A DNA stretch of 56,434 bases, the filler included, from Stramenopiles sp. TOSAG23-2 (lineage: Eukaryota), in assembly GCA_900128395.1 (NCBI GenBank). It is 4 parts of 4 records of this genome, joined end to end, with 100 filler letters (N's around TTAATTAATTAA, not from the genome) between each part and the next. Parts side by side here need not be neighbours in the genome. Positions count along the whole stretch, not along the records: positions 1 to 14,076 come from LT649772.1; positions 14,177 to 28,210 come from LT649773.1; 2 more parts are not named here. The stretch is one strand, 5' to 3'. The notes below the pieces were generated by a model. The model made no database searches and was not told the origin of the DNA. It saw nothing but the letters and a program-made list of their open reading frames with translations. The position numbers and the translations under genes were made by a program. Below are positions 12,601 through 20,043 of this stretch, piece after piece; the first letter of the stretch is position 1, and each line of letters starts with the position of its first letter.

Positions 12601-12723
12601 ACAAAGGCAAATGCGCCAACCTTAAAAGATGTTAAACTTGCTATTGATGAATATGCCGCTTTGTCCAGTGTTGATGGTGGAACTAATGTCGGAAGTTTGC
12701 ACAACCAGAGTGAGGAAAGGTAA
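646..12723 (+). CDS. Giant unconventional myosin heavy chain (4025 aa): Pro-rich N-terminus, motor domain, 1 IQ, ~24 x ~105-aa repeat tail, C-terminal MyTH4 (class IV-like)
   Basis: Single uninterrupted ORF. P-loop GESGAGKT (1540-1563), switch I [20 protein letters not shown], switch II LDIFGFE, relay [47 protein letters not shown]. IQ-like [12 protein letters not shown] (~3436-3475). MyTH4 motifs [36 protein letters not shown] (~12220-12545), with no FERM after it. Class assignment is inference. Confidence 0.97.
   Translation: [4025 protein letters not shown]
3952..11565 (+). repeat. Protein-level tandem array of ~24 diverged ~105-aa repeats in the myosin tail
   Basis: Hand alignment of the translation gives the recurring pattern NxxIxxxLxxAlxxGxvxGxvGxidxxxixxxxLxxAixxaxxlgckTxxaxxllxxaxxlxxLRxxxxxxxWxxv...EixlxxdE. 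Units start EENAYAK, SRKVIEM, NRAIITT, NRKILEA ... NEGACEE, IKKAIVL. No DNA-level repeat is obvious. Confidence 0.9.
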
Positions 12724-12868
12724 AAATTGTATGCATATTTTATCTAAATATTTTTTATATTTAATATTTTCAGGTAAAATATATATTTCGTATGATACAC
12801 ATCATGTAATATTTAATATATATTTTTTATATATTTTAAATATACGAATACAACACTTTTCTCTTTTT

Positions 12869-13507
12869 TTAAATGTCTCGAACATTCTTCTCCAACTGAT
12901 TTATCTTATTTTGTAGCTTATTGATTTTTTCCTGTTGTCGCTCAATACTATTTACATTTGTTTTTGTCACTTTTCCTTCGTTTTCTTCTTCCTCTGATAG
13001 CACTATAAGATCAATTTTATCTCCATTTTCATTTAATTCAGCAAACAATGAATAAAACCAAATTTCATTTTTGCCATATGCATCTTGAAGTCCTTTACCT
13101 TTAATAATAGCCTCTTTTCCAGTGTTTTTACATACAACAGGTACATCTATTTGTACTTTGCCATTTTTGACAGAGCCTCCCCAAAATATTCTTTTGTAAA
13201 ATGGTGATTCAAGTTCACCACCACCTAAGGCTTTTTTCAAATCTTCACTATTCTTTGCCGTTTCTATTGCTACTTGCAAAGCTTTTGGATTGTCTGTAAC
13301 AAATTGTGTGAAGTTGTATGTTGCGAAAAGAAAAATAGATGAGAAGGCAAACTTTTCAAGGAGGTTAAAGGAATTATTATTATTAGCACTTTTTGTTGAA
13401 AAAGCAATATTTAATTTTTTCCAATGATTATTATAATTACTTGCAGCTGTTGTTTTATTATGAATTTTCATTTGATATTTAGTTGATCTTGCAATTGCAT
13501 TTAACAT
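12869..13507 (-). CDS. Mitochondrial inner-membrane protein, Coa1/Tim21-like (212 aa)
   Basis: Basic, acid-free presequence-like N-terminus (MLNAIARSTKY...), one TM (FAFSSIFLFATYNF), then ALQVAIETAKNSEDLKKALG...GGSVKNGKVQIDVPV, which matches the Coa1 family layout. Confidence 0.55.
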   Translation of the reverse strand: MLNAIARSTKYQMKIHNKTTAASNYNNHWKKLNIAFSTKSANNNNSFNLLEKFAFSSIFLFATYNFTQFVTDNPKALQVAIETAKNSEDLKKALGGGELESPFYKRIFWGGSVKNGKVQIDVPVVCKNTGKEAIIKGKGLQDAYGKNEIWFYSLFAELNENGDKIDLIVLSEEEENEGKVTKTNVNSIERQQEKINKLQNKINQLEKNVRDI

Positions 13508-14076
13508 GGTGGATATTGATTTATATATGTATATATGTTTATAGGTATGATCTATTTATAGATATGATATATAGTACATGAAATTGATAATGAAAGTTGA
13601 TGTTCTCTTTTTTTTTTTGTATCATACATTGAATATTTGTATCTAACATGTATATAACATCTATGTATATGTAAATCTATCCCCAAAAGAATTCTTTTTG
13701 ATCTTCTCTTCTTTGCTTCTTTCTCCGGATCATCTGCCAGACGACTATCACGGACTGTATGATGTAATAAATTTCACACACCAAATCACCGTCTCCAAGA
13801 TCCAAGACTTATAATAAGGTTAATTCTCACAAAAAGACTACTATACACTATACTTGATAGGGTTTACAGCCAATACAGGCCCGGCAGGCTATTCCAGCAT
13901 TTTGCCATTCTCTTCTTCATTATTTTATAGCAACTACCACCTACCACCTGTGTGGTGGTATACCTGGTACCACTTGCTATACCTGTAATATTATTATTAT
14001 TCTAAAAAAAAATTATTTAATTAATTAATACTCTGTAAGATATACGTAATAAACAATTATGTGGAACAAAAATAAT

Positions 14077-14176
14077 NNNNNNNNNNNNNNNNNNNNNNNN
14101 NNNNNNNNNNNNNNNNNNNNTTAATTAATTAANNNNNNNNNNNNNNNNNNNNNNNNNNNNNNNNNNNNNNNNNNNN
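14077..14176. other. Artificial contig-joining spacer (N44-TTAATTAATTAA-N44)
   Basis: Exactly 100 nt with a six-frame stop cassette in the centre; identical at three places in the window. Confidence 0.97.
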
Positions 14177-14619
14177 TTGTTCTTGGCAGTGCCTTAAATT
14201 GGTCAGCACACTATGGAATCCCACGGGCTTTAATAAACTAAAAAAAGACGCATTTTTGTTGTATTTTGATGTGTGATAACAATATATATATCTGTGTTTT
14301 TGTTTTCGTTTTCGTTTGTTGTTTCAAAACAATATAACTTATTTCATTGAATTATAGTAGTATATATTTTAGTAAAGATAGTGTAGATTATAATTGTCGG
14401 CATATTAATAATATTCTTTTGGGGAAAGAAAAAAAAAAGTTAATATATTGTGTAGTTGCATCATCACATTATTATATTATTAATATTTCCAATTATATAT
14501 ATAAGTTAAAGTGTGACTAATAAATCAATATATATTGTTCTAGTTTCTTATACAATATTTTATATATATATTCACACAATAATATATTATAATAACCATT
14601 AGTATAAATATTAAAAAGA

Positions 14620-16194
14620 ATGTCATCATCTGTATTACGAAGGATATATTCTCGTGGATCATCAAGACGTTCAGATAAAGATGGTAAAAAACAACGTGGA
14701 CCAGATCCACAATCAGTTACTGCACGGGAAATGGAAGAAGAAGAACAGAAACGAAAGAAAAAAAATAAATCAAATGATACAAATTTTAATTTAGATGATG
14801 ATGATGATGACGATAATGTACAACCAGTAAGACGACAACGTGGCCCAGATCCACAATCAATGACGATTGATGATGCATTGTTAAACGATGGGGACGATCT
14901 AGTTGGTGGTCAAAAATTAAAAGATGATAATGATTATTTACGTCCACGTAGTAGTAGTAGCAAAAGAAAGAAAAAAAATCGTGTAGATGATGATGATGAT
15001 GACGATAAGATTGATCGTGTACATTTAAGAAATGATTATGATAGTGATGATGATCGTGGATATGGTTCTCATCGAAGTCAAACAGGATCAAGGCAAGGGT
15101 GGCAAGATCAAGATGAAGGTGGTAAAAGTGGGGATGATGATGATGAGACGGCTATTTATCGTAATCGTCTAGATGAACGTGATGAAATTAATGAAATGCC
15201 ATCTCGTACATGGTCTCCAGAATCTTTTTTAGATTTTGTAATGAATGATCAAAAAATTATTCGTTTTAATGTTGGTGGTATGGAATTTTCAACATCTCGT
15301 GAAACAATATCATCCGATCGTTGTAGTATGTTGTCGATTATGTTACGCCATGAGGAGATGGGTGGTACAAAAGATCATAGCGGCGCATTTTTTATTGATA
15401 GGGATCCAACTCATTTTCGTTATGTTTTAAATTATTTACGAGATGGTAGTATTGATTTGCCAGAGGATAGAAGTGCAATTGCACAATTGTTAAGAGAAGC
15501 AGAATTTTATCAAGTGGATGGTTTATGTAAAGCTATACGTAAACACAAACGTCGTCGTGCCCGTATTAGTCGTGAAGCATTTTTATCAATGATCAATACA
15601 AGGGGAAGTCAAGGTTTAAATTTTCCAAATACAGATTTTAGTGGTGAAGATTTAAGTCATATGACCATTACAAAAGGATTATTTATTAATGCTGATTTAT
15701 CTGATAGTGATTTACGTTTTAGTGATTTTGAGAAAACTAGATTTAGTGGTGCATTATTTCGCGGTGCTAATTTATCCAACGCATCGTTTACAGAAGCAAA
15801 AATGGATGGTGTTGATTTAACAGGTGCGAATTTACAAAAGGCACAATTATATAAATGCGATTTAAAAAACGCATGTTTGCGTAAAGCTGATTTAATGAGA
15901 GCAAATTTACAAGAAGCAAATTTAAAAGGTACGGATTTATGTGGTGCCAATTTGCAAGGTGTCATTTTACATGGTGCTGATTTAAGAGGATTTAATTTAG
16001 AATCTGCAAATCTTCAAGGTGCTAATTTGGAAGGTGCTAATTTGGAAGGTGCTATTTTACACCGTGCTAATTTAAAAGGTGCCAATTTATGGGATGCAAA
16101 TTTAAAAGGTGCAAATTTACATCAAGCGAATTTACGTGATGCTAATTTACATCGTGCCAATATGAGAGGTGTCGTTGGTGAATATTTGCGATAA
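14620..16194 (+). CDS. KCTD9/FIP2-like BTB/POZ (T1-type) plus pentapeptide-repeat protein (524 aa)
   Basis: IIRFNVGGMEFSTSRETI...FFIDRDPTHFRYVLNYLRDG...LLREAEFYQV is a KCTD BTB domain. The C-terminus is a long A(N/D)Lxx pentapeptide array. The N-terminus is acidic/basic low complexity. Confidence 0.92.
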   Translation: MSSSVLRRIYSRGSSRRSDKDGKKQRGPDPQSVTAREMEEEEQKRKKKNKSNDTNFNLDDDDDDDNVQPVRRQRGPDPQSMTIDDALLNDGDDLVGGQKLKDDNDYLRPRSSSSKRKKKNRVDDDDDDDKIDRVHLRNDYDSDDDRGYGSHRSQTGSRQGWQDQDEGGKSGDDDDETAIYRNRLDERDEINEMPSRTWSPESFLDFVMNDQKIIRFNVGGMEFSTSRETISSDRCSMLSIMLRHEEMGGTKDHSGAFFIDRDPTHFRYVLNYLRDGSIDLPEDRSAIAQLLREAEFYQVDGLCKAIRKHKRRRARISREAFLSMINTRGSQGLNFPNTDFSGEDLSHMTITKGLFINADLSDSDLRFSDFEKTRFSGALFRGANLSNASFTEAKMDGVDLTGANLQKAQLYKCDLKNACLRKADLMRANLQEANLKGTDLCGANLQGVILHGADLRGFNLESANLQGANLEGANLEGAILHRANLKGANLWDANLKGANLHQANLRDANLHRANMRGVVGEYLR

Positions 16195-16598
16195 TAAATA
16201 TATATTTTATATTATGTATATTTATGTACTTATGCATAGTACTGTGTGTATAAATTGTCTGAATTATTTGTTTAGTTCGTGTGTGTAATATTTTGCTGTT
16301 TTCCAAAAATAGAGGGAGAGGAGGAGATATTTTTGGTATGTGTGTACATCATGTAATAATATATAATGTACATCATTCGTATGAATACATGTGTATCTGT
16401 AAATTGTGTATATATTTGTGTGTTGTATGCGAGAGATTTTAAATAAAATGTGAGAAATATTTTTTGATATGTACTGGGTTTTGATATGATATTTTATTTA
16501 AATATGATTACATTTCAATTTAGATTCGAACACACACACACACATACAAACACAATCTCTTTCTCTTTTGCTGAAAATCTGTTTCTCTCTTCATTATT

Positions 16599-17105
16599 TT
16601 ATCCAATTAAATCAGGCGAGAATGCTGGAAAGCAAATTGGTACGTAATTACAAATACCAGTTGGAAAAATATATTCATATTTGATACCTTTTGGTAATAA
16701 TAATGTTTGACCTGCAATCGCTTCTACCATATCTTTACCATCATTATATTTGACTTGAAACTTTCCAGAAATAATAACAACAATTTCATCAAATAATGGA
16801 ATTTGTGAACCTTCTGTAGCACTACCTTTTCCTTTACTATCTACATTTACCATGGCAACTGATATTGTTTTATTGCCTGTACTTGGATTACCAACATATT
16901 CATCAATGACTCTATCGTCCGTCGTAACTACACGTACTTTATTAATTGTTTGTGGAAAATTTCTTGTTAATTTTGTTTCATACTTTTTTTTCGTACGATA
17001 ATGCATAATTGTCGCACCAAGTACAACCCCAACTGCTAACCATCCAAATTCTCTTTGACGATGTGGAAATGGACAAAAATTCAATTGATTCGCTAAAAAT
17101 TCCAT
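16599..17105 (-). CDS. Cupin-domain protein (EutQ/cupin_2-like) with N-terminal TM anchor (168 aa)
   Basis: IDEYVGNPSTG...QIPLFDEIVVIISG...AGQTLLLPKG...YVPICFPAFSPD resembles a widespread small-cupin family. Hydrophobic segment FGWLAVGVVLGATIM. Confidence 0.75.
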   Translation of the reverse strand: MEFLANQLNFCPFPHRQREFGWLAVGVVLGATIMHYRTKKKYETKLTRNFPQTINKVRVVTTDDRVIDEYVGNPSTGNKTISVAMVNVDSKGKGSATEGSQIPLFDEIVVIISGKFQVKYNDGKDMVEAIAGQTLLLPKGIKYEYIFPTGICNYVPICFPAFSPDLIG

Positions 17106-17433
17106 GTTATATTATATAAATATACGGTATAAATAAATATTAATAATTATTCTCGTCTCTCTCTCTCTTGTTATTATCTTTTGCTATATTCCATCTCTAT
17201 ATCATTCTGTATTTATGGATATATATCGTATATTGTTATTCATCGAACAACAACAAACTATAAAAACTGAACAACATGCTGGCTCCATTATAGTTTTAGC
17301 ATGCAATTAGTATTACAAGCAGCAAAAAAATAAATATTGGCCTCAATTATATACATAGAAAATATTTATTTTTATTTTTTTTTTTTAAATAATATAATAT
17401 GTTATTCTTTCTTCTTTTATTTTTTCATTTTTT

Positions 17434-18423
17434 TTACAAAACACTTTCAACATATGATTCAACAAATTTCATTTTCATTGTTTCATATTCCATTGGTATA
17501 CCTTTACTTTGTTGGTTTGTTCCTAATACGGCTAATGCACCAGCTTGTCGGCTTAAATCCAACGCTTGCATTTCTGCATTTTTTAATAATTTTTCTCTTA
17601 ATTCTATATCATCCATCGTTTCTAAATCATGATCACGTACAATTGGACGTACTTCATGACATAAACGTATAACGCAATTTATTATTTTATCAATATTTTC
17701 AATCGATCCACTTAATTGTTCAGCAGAAATTAATGCCTTTTGTTTATTTGTTTGACAAGAAGCAATCATGGAACCAACTCTTTTTGCCTCTGATGTTATA
17801 GCTATTTGTATCACAGGATTTGTACATCGTAACATATTTTGTATTTTTTTACTTGTATAACCAATAACACAACTTACAACAATCGTACTACTTTTAATTT
17901 GATTTCGTATGGATGAACTTACTTGTGACAATTGCGATGGTGTGCAACATATAAATAATAAACGTGCTGATTTTGCTATTTTTAAATTATCATTTTCAAT
18001 CATTAAACCTTCACCCCATTTTTTTACCAATTGTTTTGAATATCCTTCCTCCGGTCGACGTGTAGAAATAGCTATGTGACTTGTTGATATACCAGCATCT
18101 AATAATTTATTTACACAATATGAACCATTTTGTCCACATCCTATTACGCCAACTTTAAAGCTACGTTTACTCCCTCGTAACATCATCGAACGACGCATGC
18201 AACGTGTTAAAAATAATATATGCATACCAATGACTTCCTGTATGGATTTTAAAGCTAAATATGCATCTAAATATTGCCCATGTATAGTTATTTCACCACC
18301 AAAGGATAAATTTTTTAATATATTTGCTGGATTTTCAATATCTTTTTCATTTTCTTTTTGACTACTATTATTATTATTATTGCTGGAAGATGTATCCATT
18401 TTCGTATCTTCCATTTTTTCCAT
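17434..18423 (-). CDS. NOXRED1-like NADP-dependent oxidoreductase (P5C-reductase-like Rossmann domain, 329 aa)
   Basis: KVGVIGCGQNG dinucleotide-binding motif, ISTRRPE, ARLLFICCTPSQL and IVVSCVIG, with an N-terminal extension. No recognisable P5CR dimerisation motif. Confidence 0.7.
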   Translation of the reverse strand: MEKMEDTKMDTSSSNNNNNSSQKENEKDIENPANILKNLSFGGEITIHGQYLDAYLALKSIQEVIGMHILFLTRCMRRSMMLRGSKRSFKVGVIGCGQNGSYCVNKLLDAGISTSHIAISTRRPEEGYSKQLVKKWGEGLMIENDNLKIAKSARLLFICCTPSQLSQVSSSIRNQIKSSTIVVSCVIGYTSKKIQNMLRCTNPVIQIAITSEAKRVGSMIASCQTNKQKALISAEQLSGSIENIDKIINCVIRLCHEVRPIVRDHDLETMDDIELREKLLKNAEMQALDLSRQAGALAVLGTNQQSKGIPMEYETMKMKFVESYVESVL

Positions 18424-19224
18424 CGTTTACTTATCTATCTATATATATATATATATGAATATATCTAGTTATGTCTTGTTAATATGTATCTCTTCTATTT
18501 CATCTTGTTTCATGTTAATAATTTATTTTTAGCAAAAGTATTAAAAAATCAAAAAAAAACAAAACGGTTGTTTTGCTTTATTATTTCCATCATCAGTTGT
18601 TTTTTTGTACCTGGTATGTTGATGTCATATCGTGACCGAATCTGACGATTTCTGTAATGCTGTGTACCTCCTATTTGGCCCTTAGCAGTAACATAACGAA
18701 ATTAGCAGGTACATAGCATTAAAATTGCAAAAAAACGCTCAAAGTCCTTTCATAATTGTGAAAGGGCAAAAAATTATTTTGATTAATGCAAAGTTTCCTA
18801 GTTTCTTTAATAATTTCTATCATATTGGCTAATTGCATTTGATAATTATCATCTCCTTTGAAACTGGCCACTAATGCTTCAAATCTGACAGATCTGTTCA
18901 AAGTTATAAATGTTGTGTATCTACAAAAGAAATTTGTCACTTTTATGCATGGCCTTGTATTCAATGATGCCATATCCAGATCACACCGTAGGTTTGCATC
19001 TTTCACATGTACACAACCTGGTGATTGTGTACGCAATTGTCTACGCACAACAGATGCATCATTAAAAATTATTAATGCACCCACCAAATTTCCATCATTA
19101 CTATAGCAGAAAAATTTGACTGTTGGAAGTGTCACAAGGCTAATTACAGATACAAAACATACACAGGTATGTATGGCCCTATTATACAGGAAGATGACAA
19201 TACAGAGGTACATATGGCCCTTGT

Positions 19225-20043
19225 GTGAATAATCTTCATGCCAGATTTTCAGACTTACAAGAGGATGACTTTATTAGGTGGATTTGTATAAACCACAGAA
19301 TGCCTAGAAACCGTCTATATGCACCCAACTACAAAACGTCTAAATGCATCCAACTGCAAATGAACACACTGAAAGGTGGCCGGAGTACTAAAGACCAAAG
19401 AGTAGCAGAAAATAAGATTGCAGGAAAATACTCCAAACGAAAGCAGTTAGTTGTTTCAAATAGAAGTAAAAAAAGGGCGATAAGAAAAAAAATTGTTTCA
19501 TGGGTAACCGGGGTGCTTGGCGCCAACATGGACAATTACAAACACGGTAATCTTGCATTATTACGAAGCTTTGCAAAAGGCATCAAGCAAAATCCCCATA
19601 CCAATAGCACAGCAATAAATGAATATTGCGGGGACCCGGTTGCAAGAATGAGCCTGGGAATTGTCGCCTTTCCATGGCAAGCTGGCCGGTTGTTGTTTAG
19701 GCCACGTAGAACATCTGACACAGAAAAATTGGAATTTGAAGCAATTCAAGTTCCAAAAGGAATGTGCATTGTTTTTCGCGGGGACTGGCCGCATGCTGGT
19801 GATTCATACCCCCGCCGTCATGATAGAATGCATTTTTATTTAGATGCAAAGTATCAAATAACAAATAAGTGTGAAACCAATACTATGTATGTTCATCCAA
19901 CTTTAAACCGTTTATACCATCATAAAGCATATAAATACAATTTGGAGGCACATACATTATATGGTGTAAGACAAAATCGTAACTATGCACCGGTGAATGA
20001 CTTAAAAATGTCATTACGTTGGGGCGATACAGGCAAACTTTAA
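19225..20043 (+). CDS. Divergent 2OG-Fe(II)/PhyH-like double-stranded beta-helix ORF, possibly degenerate (first ATG at 19300)
   Basis: QNPHTN (the expected HxD site, here HxN) and GMCIVFRGDWPHAGDSY...RMHFYLD (distal His and Arg). The start is uncertain and there are in-frame stops just upstream. Confidence 0.5.
   Translation: MNNLHARFSDLQEDDFIRWICINHRMPRNRLYAPNYKTSKCIQLQMNTLKGGRSTKDQRVAENKIAGKYSKRKQLVVSNRSKKRAIRKKIVSWVTGVLGANMDNYKHGNLALLRSFAKGIKQNPHTNSTAINEYCGDPVARMSLGIVAFPWQAGRLLFRPRRTSDTEKLEFEAIQVPKGMCIVFRGDWPHAGDSYPRRHDRMHFYLDAKYQITNKCETNTMYVHPTLNRLYHHKAYKYNLEAHTLYGVRQNRNYAPVNDLKMSLRWGDTGKL

Noticed and set aside
14121-14132. TTAATTAATTAA palindrome repeated three times in the window
   Set aside because: Always centred in N44 flanks; it is an artificial six-frame stop linker, not biology.
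15600-16190. Pentapeptide repeats as a Qnr/MfpA-type DNA-mimic resistance gene
   Set aside because: They are fused to a KCTD BTB domain, the known KCTD9/FIP2 architecture.
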